A program made the translations under genes and the position numbers. A stretch of 64,000 nt of DNA from Octopus sinensis. Lineage: Eukaryota. Every line of letters starts with the position of its first letter. The stretch's first letter is position 1. Below, piece by piece: positions 1 through 12,517 of this stretch. The notes beneath the pieces are model-generated. The model saw only the letters and a list, made by a program, of their open reading frames with translations, made no database searches and was not told the DNA's origin. Location of the stretch: NCBI RefSeq assembly GCF_006345805.1, contig NC_043001.1:74834001-74898000 (forward strand). Direction: 5' to 3'.

Positions 1-1680
1 GTTCTTCAACGAGAAACACGAAGGTTGTGTTGTCAGAGCTAAGGCACGAGCACTTTGACACGAAAGGACAAAAGCCGAATGGCGGAGGCACGGCATGGCA
101 ATAAATCATGATCCGATCCTTGCCGGACCACGAAAGGCAAATGACAACTGAGACGGATGTGTGCGGCCTTTCATTGGCGCTTCGCTCAACTGTTCGCGAG
201 CAGCGGTCAGTCGGGTCGCAGGATGGATTTCACGTCCTACCTCGACGGGCTGCCGCGGCTCTCAGCGACGAGTGTGGAGCGCTGTGAAAGGCCGATAACA
301 GCCTTTAAAATACGGGAAACAATGGGTAACTGCACCTGGTAAATCGCCTTGTTTGGATGGTCTGCCCTACGAGCTTTACACTTACATGCCAGACTTGTTC
401 AGCGACCTCTAAGCAAACGTTTATCGCAACTGGCAACAGAATAGGAGAATTCCCAGATTTGTGAGCCGAGGAGCGGTGGCGTTGTTGGACCCGAACAAGG
501 GGGATTGTATTGACAACTTTAGTCCCATAACTCTGCATTCAGCAGAGTTCAAAATTTTGACCAAGGTGTTAGCTAGGAGGCTGGCGCTTGTGCCATCCCG
601 AAAAGAGCCATCCTCGATAACTTTCACCTCATGCGATACATCATAGAGAAAGTGGCTAAAGAACCTGGCGAGAGTGAGGCCCTGGTCAATTTAGATCAGT
701 CTAAAGTTTTCGGAAGGGTCGACCATCTAAACCTAGCGGCGATGATCAAGGCAGCTGGTTTCGAGCCTGTATTCAGGAGCTGGATCGCTGCAATGCACAG
801 TGACATCTGATCAGTGGTCAGATTGAACGGTCACCTATCAGAGCCGTTCGACATCATGCGCTCGGTCTGGTATGGTTGTCCCCTCTCGTCTCTCTTGTAC
901 GCACTGACTCTCGAACCACTGCTACACAAACTGAAGGCGTTAAGAGGTATCTTGCGTGACCTAAGATGTGGGAAATACATGTCGACCTATACCGACGACG
1001 TCATCGTAATGGTGTCGGATCATAAGAAGATAAGCTAGTCGCTCTTTTCCGGAGAACTTTCGGGCCGGATGATGGATAGTTTCCAAAAATCAGTACTACC
1101 GTGGAGATGAATTTTACAGGCACGAAAGTGCCATCAGCCGAGCATGTCCGAGCGCGTGCAGGACGACAAGACAGTCCTACATGTACTCGTCCACTGCCCG
1201 AACATTGCTGACCTGTGGATTTATGTGGAAGACCTGCTGTAGTGTGTGGGACGGTTCCAGCTATCAACTGAATCCATCGTAAAGATCGCCTCGCCGCCTT
1301 CCTTTAAAAGGAAAGGCTGTTTTTATATGCCTGGTGGCCATGGCGAAAGAGGTTTATGGTGGAAGAGATTGAAGGAGCTGAAGACAAACACTTTTCTCTT
1401 TGGCCATTCCCTGATGAACTTCTTCAAATTTCACTTGAAAAGGAAAATAAAGGCAGAGAGGGAAGTGTTGTCTTCTCGCCAATCTACTGAAAGGTGGATG
1501 AAAGTGGCGAGAATGGTACAAGTGAACGGGCCTGCCCTAAGCAAATACCTGTAGTTGGAAAAAAGGAAAGAAAAAAGGCACCTATCCCAAAAGTCAGGGT
1601 ACCCATGGGTTTTTCATGGGTTTTTTTCCATGAGCAGCCCTAATACGTCTCCTCCATATTGATGGTAATATATTGTTTTT
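1..1680 (+). mobile_element. Degenerate L1/Tx1-clade LINE, ORF2 reverse transcriptase to C-terminus plus 3' UTR
   Basis: Frameshifted RT motifs: GKSPCLDGLPYELY, NFSPITLHSAEFKILTKVLARRL, LDQSKVF, GCPLSSLLYALTLEPL, YTDDV. Tx1-type C-terminus (FFKFHLKRKIKAEREVL...RWMKVARMV). Runs into (CA)n at ~1726. Confidence 0.85.
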
Positions 1681-1725
1681 TTTCTAAATGTTGTTAGTTT
1701 TGTTTACACACAAATCTATCACAAC

Positions 1726-1734
1726 ACACACTTA

Positions 1735-1827
<93 letters not shown>

Positions 1828-1889
1828 TCTTTGTTTTGTCCTGTGCTTTCCATAATGTGTTACCTAATGTAAACCCTTGTGATAAAGAA

Positions 1890-1988
<99 letters not shown>
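1726..1988. repeat. (CA)n tract followed by (TTA)n/(TAA)n tract
   Basis: Directly visible at ~1726-1827 and ~1891-1988. Confidence 0.95.
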
Positions 1989-2042
1989 GGATTGAGGTAA
2001 CTCTTCCCGAAGGTATACAGAAGCAAAACAAAAAAAGAAGAG

Positions 2043-2211
2043 TGCCATTGTTATCAAGTGAACGATATTTCGGCATCTAGCGAGCCTTCCACAGGTTCAA
2101 AAAATAAACTTGTCAATATTACCAAAAATGAAGTAGATTGACAAGTTTATTTTTTGAACCTGTGGAAGGCTCGCTAGATGCTGAAATATCGTTCACTTGA
2201 TAACAATGGCA
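2043..2211. repeat. Near-perfect palindrome (75-bp arms, 19-nt loop); each arm carries a hammerhead-like motif
   Basis: 2043-2117 is the reverse complement of 2137-2211 except one G-T pair; pairing extends imperfectly to ~2031/2223. Confidence 0.95.
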
Positions 2212-2289
2212 ATCTTCTTTTTATTTTTTTATTTTTTTGCTATTATTATCATTATTATTATTTGAAAACTGTTGTATATTCCTTTAGTT

Positions 2290-2930
2290 AGAGGGTGTTG
2301 TCTTGAGCTTTGCTGTGAAAATGCTTTCTCAAAACTCAAAAAAAAATCTTACTTAGATACCTTGCAGAATACAGAATGGCATATTTCTGCTCGTCGACAA
2401 TTCATGCCATAGTTCCAAAATCCTTCAACATTTTAGGTAGCTGTTTGGCTGTTGTTAAAAGTACACTAATTACCACGGAACAATTGTCTTCCACAATCTC
2501 ATCTCTTTGGCAAGGTCTTGATATTTCTCACTTTTCTTTATTTATTTGGTATCCTGTGTTATAATATGGCATTGCAAAATATACGATCTTACACTGTTAG
2601 TATTCGTTTAATTCTCTACAGTCATATCTGTCGCTATTGCTTCAATATTACGCTCAGTCTTTAAGAAGAAATCTCATCTCATAAAATTCTGTAATTATTA
2701 TTTACCACCACATACTCCAGCTCGTATTCATACCACTTTTCTGTCACATTGAATCCATACATTCGGCTTACATCCCGACACAGTCATAGCAGCGTTTACT
2801 ACATTCAGTTCAGACGTGGTTCATACTTTCATATCTTTTTCCACACATTTTGCGTTTGCTCTCTGGCTGAGTTTTAGCAATCTTTGCCTTTATCAAATTC
2901 GTGCCCATACTTTTTTTCCAAATGGCTATT
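2290..2930 (-). mobile_element. R4/Dong-clade LINE 3' fragment (restriction-like endonuclease region)
   Basis: Minus-strand translation gives TEKWYEYELE and RLWKTIVPVVISVLL...QKYAILYSARYL, resembling the R4 C-terminus. Confidence 0.65.
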
Positions 2931-3292
2931 ATTATTTTTTTTATTGTTCATATACGCACACACAGATTAGACTGTTAGAAAAGAAAAATTCCTAACATCG
3001 GGCTACAAGTAACCTTTGATGCTAAGAACCCTCCAAAGTATCCTTGCTGTCCCTAATAACACTATTTTCTAGAGCTATACTAGACTGGGTTTTATGCCTA
3101 TTTCCTCTATCCGTCTGTTCAAATCTTTAGGAATTTTTGTTAACGTTATTGTTGCTTTGTTTTATACGAGCGGTAACAGCAAGTCGGACGTTTTACTATG
3201 GGTGTTATTCGTAATTTGCAATGATACAGTATATGTGAAAGAGCTAAAATTTGTTGTTGTTGTTGCTGTTGCTGTTGTTATTGTTACTATTA

Positions 3293-3530
3293 TTAAACCG
3301 GTGAGCTGGCAGAACCGTTAGCATGACGGGCAAAATGTTAACGGCATTTCGCTCATCTTTACTTTCTGAATTAAAATTCCGCTGAGATCGACATCGCCTT
3401 TCATTCTTTCGGGGTCGATAACATAAGTACCAGTTCAGCACTGGGTTCGATGTATTCGACTTACACATATACACACCTCACAAAAAAAAATTACTAATCT
3501 TGTGACAAAATTTGAAACCATTATTATTGT
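3293..3530 (+). mobile_element. tRNA-derived SINE, family 1 (head ggcggcgagctggcagaa)
   Basis: A-box/B-box-like head and shared body gtcgac..gcctttcatcctttcggggtcgataa; near-identical copy at 4339-4570. Confidence 0.85.
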
Positions 3531-3759
3531 TATTGTCAGGTTCGTTCGTATTCCTCCTAGAATTTATGTGGGTAGCGGGTTACTACTTGTAACCTTAGGT
3601 ATCCACAAGCTTTCAATGGTATCCCTCCTGATAATCTTTCCTTCTCTAAGGGGCAAACAACAGCCAAACAGCTACCTAAAATGTTGAAGGATTTTGGAAC
3701 TATGGCATGAATTGTCGACGAGCAGAAATATGCCATTCTGTATTCTGCAAGAACTAAGA

Positions 3760-4110
3760 TTTTATTAAGCGTATGATATTTCTGTTTCATGAATTATCAG
3801 GTGTTTTCAAATTTACTTTGCTTTTTTTATGATGTGGGTAGTAAAATACTTTGTGGTTGTGACGCTTTGGGAGCTTCCTAGTATTTGGCCATAGTGTTTA
3901 GGAGCGCATTTTCGTACTGTACCCAGAGCACCGCTGTTTACAGGTACAGCTATTGTTCTTAGATACCATATCTTTGGGATCTTCCTTTCAAGGTCTTTGC
4001 ATTTAATTTTTCAAATAATTTTACAGAAGTGTCGCAGTCTGCTGGGATAGCCATCTCTATGAGCAAATGTCTTTCGTCAACGTGATTTTCACCGCAATAT
4101 CTGGTTTATT
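3760..4110 (-). mobile_element. R4/Dong LINE RT-region fragment
   Basis: Degenerate coding-like sequence continuous in style with the R4 pieces at 4590-5945; family assignment is by context. Confidence 0.45.
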
Positions 4111-4145
4111 GACTTGCATAGCACGATGTTTTTTTATATAAAGGT

Positions 4146-4196
4146 CCCATTATTATTTCGCTTGTATCATCATCATCATCATCATCGTCGTCGTCG

Positions 4197-4258
<62 letters not shown>

Positions 4259-4275
4259 GCTGCTGCTGCTGCTGC

Positions 4276-4306
<31 letters not shown>

Positions 4307-4335
4307 GCTGTTGCTGTTGTTGTTATTGTTACTAT
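4146..4335. repeat. Compound trinucleotide tract (ATC/GTC/GTT/GCT)n
   Basis: Directly visible. Confidence 0.95.
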
Positions 4336-4338
4336 TAT

Positions 4339-4570
4339 TAAACCGGTGAGCTGGCAGAACCGTTAGCATGACGGGCAAAATGTTAACGGCATTTCGCTCA
4401 TCTTTACTTTCTGAATTCAAATTCCGCTGAGATCGACATCGCCTTTCATTCTTTCGGGGTCGATAACATAAGTACCGGTTCAGCACTGGGTTCGACGTAT
4501 TCGACTTACACATATACACACCTCACAAAAAAAAAATTACTAATCTTGTGACAAAATTTGAAACCATTAT
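4339..4570 (+). mobile_element. tRNA-derived SINE, family 1
   Basis: Near-identical to 3293-3530. Confidence 0.85.
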
Positions 4571-4589
4571 TATTGTTATTGTTGATTTG

Positions 4590-5945
4590 ACTCAGGTTCG
4601 TTCGTATTCCTCCTAGAATTTATGTGGGTAGCGGGTTACTACCTGTAACCTTAGGTATCCACAAGCTTTCAATGGTATCCCTCCTGATAATCTTTCCTTC
4701 TCTAAGAGGCAAACTTTCTGCAGAAGCTCTACAGGACATTCTGTTCGTATCTCCGTCAACCATGTGTCTACATCTCTACTCACAGTTCCCAATGCACCGA
4801 TTATTATAAATACAACCATTACAGTTTTCATACTCCAAATTCCTTGCAATTTTAAGTTTCAAGGAATTGTAATTTAAAAATTTTTCATCCTTTTTTTTTT
4901 TACAATACAGGAATCAAACGGACGTGATGAATCAATTAGTAAGCAACTTCGCTTTTCCTTGTCTATTACTGCTAGGTCTGTTTTATTTTCTGTTTTCTTA
5001 TCTGTTTGATTAGCAATTCCCATAAAATTTTGCATTTCTCTGACTCCAGCACTCTTTCGACCCGATAATCATACCATGTACCTCCAGCTTCAAATCCTCA
5101 TTTCTGACAAAAATTCTAGTGTAAAACTTTCACAGATTGGTCATGCCTCCATTTCCTATATTCACCTTGGGCCAACTGGAGACATTCTGCAACAGTGTGT
5201 ACCACTGTGCTATAATAAAACACAGAGCACCGCTGTTTCTTTTTTAATTTCCCCTTTTTCAACCAAGCCCAGGACTTTGTTCCTCATACATCCTTAGTGG
5301 CTTTCCAAAACTGACCACACAAAGGTTTCTCTTTAATTTCTTTAACATGCTCTCTTTGAATTGCCTTCTTGTCCTTTTCTCTTTGATCACCTAATCCTTG
5401 TTCACTGTCTTTAATAATTTCTCGGTGTTGTTCTGTAAATATTTTAGTAGGCTTTTTCTTTCCATCTGTTTACACTCTTCCATAACAATTAATCTCCTTC
5501 CACCCTAGTCTCTCTTCAAGTACAACCTATTCATATCAGCATTCGGATGGTAAGCTCCATACATTATCAACAGCTTTCTGATTTTTGTTTTTTGTTTGTT
5601 TGTTTTTTTTGTAAGCTTCTCTGCGACGCTTTTGGTCCAACCTACAATTCCAATTCCATATCTGATTACCAGTTCTGATCTTATATTTATTACTTCAATA
5701 ACATCCCCTTGAAATAGACCACCTCCAATGTTAATTTTCTCTTGTCTTTGTTTTCCTCCAATTAATTCAGTATTCTTTAACTTTTATGAACTATTTTTCA
5801 TACTTTCCTTAACAATTTTTCCGTATTTTCTGCCACTGTAAATATGTTCATTGCTTTACTTATCCAATTGTGCGGTACCATATCAAATGCTTTTTTGTGA
5901 TTCAACCATGCTGCATTCAGTACCGTCAATCTGCGTCTCCAGTTT
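4590..5945 (-). mobile_element. Degenerate R4/Dong-clade LINE (RT to C-terminus, internally deleted)
   Basis: C-terminus GIWSMKTVMVVFIIIGALGTVSRDVDTWLTEIRTECPVELLQKVCLL matches the R4/Dong RLE tail; RT-like remnants upstream (HAWLNHKKAFDMVPHNWI). Confidence 0.8.
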
Positions 5946-5959
5946 TTTTTTTTTTTTTT

Positions 5960-6545
5960 TTTTGCCTACAAGGGGCTAAACATAGAGGGGACAAACAAGG
6001 ACAGATAAAGGGATTAATCGATTACATCGACACCAGTGAGTAACTGGTACTTATTTAATCGACCCCGAAAGGATGAAAGGCAAAGTCGACCTCGGCGGAA
6101 TTTAAACTCAGAACGTAACGGCAGACGAAATATCTATTTCTTTACTACCCACAAGGGGCTGCACACAGAGGGGACAAACAAGGACAGACAAACGGATTAA
6201 GTCAATTATATCGGTCCCAATGCGTAACTGGTACTTATTTAATCGACCCCGAAAGGATGAAAGGCAAAGTCGACCTCGGCGGAATTTAAACTCAGAACGT
6301 AGCGGCAGACGAAATATCTATTTCTTTACTACCCACAAGGGGCTGCACACAGAGGGGACAAACAAGGACAGACAAACGGATTAAGTCAATTATATCGGTC
6401 CCAATGCGTAACTGGTACTTATTTAGTCGATCCCGAAAGGATGAAAGGCAAAGTCGACCTCGGCGAAATTTGAACTCAGAACGTAGCGGCAGACGAAATA
6501 AGCATTTTGTCCAGCGCGCTAACGTTTCTGCCAGCTTGCCGCCTT
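5960..6545 (-). mobile_element. Family-1 SINE with three head-to-tail ~184-bp body units
   Basis: gcagacgaaatatctatttctttactacccac recurs at 6121 and 6305; the tRNA head occurs only once (~6500-6545). Confidence 0.9.
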
Positions 6546-6789
6546 TTCAGTTTCTGATTATCATTTTTATCAATTAATTAGTGCTATTTTGTTTCTCTTC
6601 TTTGTTTCTTACAACCTTTCTGTTTTTCTGGAAGTAGATTGTTACTTTCCAGATGATTATATAACTTTTCCGTCAACGCAGCAGCCATAGGTTTCACATT
6701 ATTGAAAAACAGATTTTATTATTATCACTGTTATTAACTTCTTTCAATTTTGTTTCCGCTTCTTACCGAGTGTATTCCGAAGACCATGG

Positions 6790-8500
6790 GCATAGAAACT
6801 CACTGGTAGGCCATCAAAATAAGCACACCAGATTGTTCATATACAAAGTCATGGGATAGGAAAAAAGGAAGAAAGACAGAGGAAAGAAAAAATGAATAAG
6901 GAAAACAAAGAAACTAAATGAGGAAAGCGACAATGCCCTTCTCAATACGTGTGACGTACCAGGCTAAATCAAGAAACAAGTAGAGTCAATAATATATTGA
7001 AACACAAACAAATAAACTCATCAGGGCTGCAAGTAAGATTGTTGCAGAAAGGACGGGATTGAAGATCAATGAGAACAGAATATTGACGTAAAGAAAAAGA
7101 AATAAACAACCTTGGTGGGAAAGGAGAATATCAGAAGATATAAGCTCCATGGATAGTGTAGTGTTGATGCTTAACAGGAAAAGAAAAGGAGAATTGAAGA
7201 ATGATAGAAATTTGAAAAATTGAAGAAGTATGGTCTTGATACAAAAGGATTGAATATTGTGATTGAAGAACAGAAGCAGCGCCTATTTGCAAAGAAAACA
7301 AAACTAACTAGGTTTGAGTAACAGATTAAACAATACCGGTAAAACTGATTATTTAGAATCGAGTAAAACAGATTTTATCAAGAAATTAACGAGGATTTAG
7401 CATGCAAAGATTAGTTCCTGATGCAGACGGTTTTGGGGTGAGATATGGAGTACAAACAATACAATACCGGAGCTGAATGACACTGCAGTCTGAAACAGAC
7501 ACTTTCTTACCCTCAGCAAGAGGTTATCCTTATTATAAGCAAAACGATGAGCAATTGGAAAGTAGCAGGACCTGATGGTGTACAGGGATTTTGAATAAAA
7601 TCATTTTGGTATGGAGCCGAAATCATAAACAGGCAAAAGCAAGAATTGGTGAGTATGAATAGGAAAACACGGAAATTTTTTATAGTGTTCGGAGCATTCC
7701 ATCTCAAGAGTGACACTGATAGGTTGTACTTGACCAGAGGAAAGGGCAGCAGAGGTTTGACCAGTTGTCAAAATTGTGTTGAAGTAGAGGAAAACAGGGT
7801 GGTATGTAAAAAAAAATGCTGTGGAACTGTTGATGATACATGTGAAGAAGTCCGGCATCATCAAGATTGATAATTGTGTAAAGAAAGTGAATTTAAAAGA
7901 GGAATTTTAAAGAGGAAAATTTTAAAGAGGAAAATTTAAAGAGAAAAATGTAGTGTCAGTTTGCAGGAGATACGATCTCCAAGACAGATACAGCTGGCCG
8001 GTGGTTATATATACGGAGGAATAAGGCGGCGAGCTGGCAGAAACGTTAGCACGCCGGGCGAAATGCTTAACCGTATTTCGTTTGTCGTTACGTTCCGAGT
8101 TCAAATTCCGCCGAGGTTGACTTTGCCTTTCATCCTCTCGGGGTTGATAAATTAAGTGCCAGTTACGCACTGGGGTTGATATAATCGACTTAATCCCTTT
8201 GTCTGTCCTTGTTTGTTCCCTCTGTGTTTAGCCCCTTGTGGGTAGTAAAGAAATATATATATACGGAGGAGTGACCTGAAGATATTGATGGAAACAGAAG
8301 CAATTATATCCGCGCTACAAGAACAAGCATTGAGGCCAAACTATGTGGAGTACGGAATTGATAACACAACTGAGAGCGACAAATGCTCTGCGGAAATTAT
8401 GCCCTAGAAAGTTCAAAGGTGTGGTGTGCCGTAATCCCAGAGGCAGTTACTGAGAATGAAGATTGCAAAATCCTGTGGAATGCAATTATTCAGCGTGACT
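6790..8500 (+). mobile_element. Degenerate R4/Dong-clade LINE, interrupted by a SINE
   Basis: Motifs EEQKQRLFAK, NWKVAGPDGVQG, HLKSDTDRLYLTRGKGSRGL, ETEAIISALQEQALRPNYVEYGIDNTTESDKC, ENEDCKILWN. Confidence 0.85.
8024..8255 (+). mobile_element. Family-1 SINE with 15-bp target-site duplication, inserted in the R4 LINE
   Basis: tatatatacggagga at 8006-8020 and 8256-8270 flanks a full SINE. Confidence 0.9.
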
Positions 8501-8536
8501 AGTAGGATATTATTATCGTTATTATCATTAATATTA

Positions 8537-8730
8537 AGGCGGCGAGCTGGGAGAATTGTTAGCACACCGGGCAATAAGCTTATCGGCTTTTCGTCCGTCT
8601 TTACGTTCTGGATTCAAATTCCACCGAGGTCAACTTTGCCTGTCCTTCTTTCGGAGTCGAAGAAATAAGTACCAGTCAAGTGCTGGAGTCGACTAATCCC
8701 CTATCCCAAATTTCAGGCTTTGAGCCATTA
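8537..8730 (+). mobile_element. Family-1 SINE followed by (ATT)n tail
   Basis: Head aaggcggcgagctggg; body and tail match the other copies. Confidence 0.8.
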
Positions 8731-8739
8731 TTATTATTA

Positions 8740-8798
<59 letters not shown>

Positions 8799-9370
8799 GC
8801 TCTTGTTGTTGTTGCTGTTGTTATTAAGTGGGAGAACAATGCATGCCATCAAAGTGACGCTGGGGTACAAATATACGAAGCCCAATATACCCATCATGAC
8901 TACCCGTCTGATAAGAGTACACCAGGCATATGCATCACAACCATGTGTGCACAACATGATGACCTCATATCAAGATACACAGTGCATAACCTTGCAAGTG
9001 GGGTCCAGTTAGAATTTTCTCCAGGCCGAGTAGCCCACCCCACTCAAAAGATCTCTGAATAAGGTTTGTTTAACGATGTTGAACAAAACACCCATGTTTC
9101 CAGCAGTGACTTATTCAAACCCCAAAACGCATATTGTCGGGCACTAAGGGACATGCTCAACTGGTGAAGGCCTTGCAACTGACGAGCACATCTATGGCTT
9201 CTAGCAGAATATTTGTTGCAGCACATCTTATTACCAAGAAAAAACATGTACATGATAACATTTCTAACCAGTTAAGATCAGAAGCCATGGGAGCCACTGC
9301 CTGATACTGCATCAGGGCATTCATTATTGTAGTTGTTGTTATTGTTGTTGTTGTTGTTGTTGTTGTTGTT

Positions 9371-9401
<31 letters not shown>

Positions 9402-9419
9402 TTATTATTATTATTATTA

Positions 9420-9461
<42 letters not shown>

Positions 9462-9902
9462 CCTCATCATCATCATAAGGCGGTAAATTGGCAAAATCTT
9501 TAGCCCGCCAGATAAAATGCTTAGAGGCATTCCGTTCAGCTTTACGCCGAGGTCGAATTTGTCTTTCATCCATTCGGGGTCGATAAATCAAATACCAGTA
9601 AAACACTGGGGTCAATGTAGTCGACTAGTAGAAAGGACTGTTATTATTATTAATCTTCTTTCCGATTAGAAACTAAAGCTTCGGCGATTCGTCGCCACTC
9701 AGATTGGTCTTTAGATCATCAGCAACTTTCTGTACGTTGGCCCATATAAGGAGCATTTTTGTCAAGCGTCTTTCCACATATATTTTATCCAATAATTATA
9801 TATTATTGTCAAATGTTATAAAGGATTGCACCGTTAAATACATTTTATATACTTGTTGTACAGAATATGGCAGCCATACAAATAAATTAACGAGGTACTG
9901 TA

Positions 9903-10075
9903 CCAGAGGGAGCCGAAAGGTTCCTGGCTTAAGGGTGTCACGAAAAGTTTGGTTGAAGTTCAGCCTTTCGAGTTCTTTTATAAGCCTTAGAAAACATGAA
10001 GGACGCTGCATTAAGTGAGTGAATCTGAGGGGGAAATATGTTGAATAAAATCATAATTAACTGATCCTCCTGATT
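9903..10075 (+). mobile_element. Mariner-derived non-autonomous element fragment
   Basis: TIR-like start gagggagccgaaaggttcctggctt; remnant of transposase C-terminus (LRKHEGRCIK..NLRGKYVE). Confidence 0.5.
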
Positions 10076-10773
10076 GTGAACGAACAGATATATCAATAAT
10101 GTTGTGCTATCATTATAATTTGATTTTAGAGAAAGACTCTATAAATATCGGGCAACATACCACGATTTATTTGGTTTACACCTCAAATCCCGCCGAAGTC
10201 GAATTTGTTATTCTTATTTCTATTTTTAGAAATTGTAAAAATAAGTACAGAGCGTCTGACTCGTTATTAGAAGGTTTGACCAAACTAGTAGAAACCCTGA
10301 CTCATTACAAGAGGGTTTGACTATGATTAGATGGTTTGACCCAGCCTACAGGGTCATAAATTTATTTGCATACGTCGATGTGCGATACAGTATTAAGTAA
10401 CAATAACGATATATAGCGATCAAAACGAAATTTTCATACCGTGAATTTTAATGTTAAAACCGAACCGGATTTAACCTAGAGGTTTCGTGCTAGATCACAT
10501 GACCAATGAATTCCACGAAATATGCTAAAAATAAAATAAAGGCTGAGGCATTTAAAACCTGATGATTCCGGTAAGCTATTTAAGATTTGGGTTTTGATGA
10601 AGACGGACAAACACCTACTACTGGCCCACAATGTTTGATATAATATCAAGGTCGACTCAAGGCGTAAACTACTGTGAGTATGCATTCTAATCTTATATCT
10701 TGTTCTATAATTGTTATTATACTTATTATTATTAACATTATCATTATTATTATCATCATCATCATTATTTTTA

Positions 10774-10826
<53 letters not shown>

Positions 10827-11012
10827 TAGTCTTATTTTCATCACGTGCTCTCACTGAACTACCAAGCGCATCTCTATGTGCCTCGGGTATGTGCTGTGGT
10901 TTGTTTACACTGTATTGAAAGTGTTTTACGTAGGATGTGCACGGTGCCTAATAATGCTACTTTCTATATTATTATTATTATTATTATTATTGTTGTTGTT
11001 GTTGTTGTTATT

Positions 11013-11400
11013 AAGGCGGCGAGCTGGCAGAATCGTTAGCACGCCGGGCGAAATGCGTAGCCGTATTTCGTCTGCCGCTACGTACTGAGTTCAAATACCG
11101 CCGAGGTCGACTCTGCCTTTCATCTTTTGGGGTCGATAAATTAAGTACCAGTTACGCACTGGAGTCGATATAATCGACTTAATCCGTTTGTCTGAACTTG
11201 TTTGTCCTCTCTGTGTTTAGCCCCTTGTGAGTAGTAAAGAAATAGGTATTTCGTCTGTCATTACGTTCTGAGATCAAATTCCGCCGAGGTTGATTTGCCC
11301 TCCATCCTTTCGAGGTCGATAAAATAAGAACCAGTTGATCACTGGGTCGATATGATTGATTTATCCCCTTCCCCAAACTTATACAAAAAAGTGAAACCTT
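11013..11400 (+). mobile_element. Family-1 SINE, dimeric (head + body/tail-1 + second body/tail-2)
   Basis: After gtagtaaagaaata the sequence re-enters the body at ggtatttcgtc. Confidence 0.85.
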
Positions 11401-11449
11401 TGTTATTATTATTATTATGGTTTTGCTTTTTATCAACTAATATATGTGA

Positions 11450-11728
11450 ATACATACATACATACATACATACATACATACATACATACATACATACATA
11501 CATACATACATACACATGTACGGACATACATACATACGGACATGCATACATAGATATATATACATACATGCATACATGCATACATACATATATACATACA
11601 TACACATCCATCCATCCATACATAGATATATATATACATGTATGCATACATACATACATACATACATACATACATACATACATACATACATACATACATA
11701 CATACATACATACATACATACATACATA
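11450..11728. repeat. (TACA)n tetranucleotide microsatellite
   Basis: Directly visible; source of the MYVC/HTYI pseudo-ORFs. Confidence 0.95.
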
Positions 11729-12047
11729 CCCGGTAAATTTCTGATCTCGCTGTCAAATTATAACTAAAAAAATAGCCGCTACATTTCATCCTGTACTTAA
11801 TCAAATTTCGTTACTTCAATTCCATATAATATTTAGTTTTTTTTCATCTACGAATATGTATGATAACAGTACCGTCTTTTCCATTCTTATTCATCGTCGC
11901 GATGTTTAAATCCACGGAAAGAAAATACAAACGTATGTTTACATTTGTCCACGTGTCGACATAACGCTGCTCACGACGTCAGTAAACATGACATCAACAG
12001 CATGTTCATACATATATATGCACTCAAACATGTATGCATACAAACAA

Positions 12048-12129
<82 letters not shown>

Positions 12130-12321
12130 CGTTAATTGTCTGTTAGTTCCCAAGTAAACTATAGACTCAACAACATACTATAAACAGTTACAAGTACATG
12201 TAGTTTACTACTAGTATACAAACACATGCACACGTACAACTACACACATATATAAGTAAATATATATATATATATATATACAAACACACGCATACAAACA
12301 TGCACGTACATATTCATATGT

Positions 12322-12352
<31 letters not shown>

Positions 12353-12371
12353 TGTGTGAGTATGATATATG

Positions 12372-12405
<34 letters not shown>

Positions 12406-12517
12406 TGTATGTATGTGTATATATATATATGCATATATGTATATGTATATGTGTATATATATGTGTGTGTATGTGTGTGTGTATATATATATATATATAT
12501 TAATCAGCCGAAATTGC

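Noticed and set aside
5960-6545. Regular ~184-bp repeats, and other repeat-spacer-like patterns, as a CRISPR array
   Set aside because: Units are SINE bodies without unique spacers; eukaryotic context; no cas genes.
8277-8305. CTGAAGA-tattgatg-GAAAC as a hammerhead
   Set aside because: No stem II or stem I; it is LINE coding sequence (LKI..ETE).
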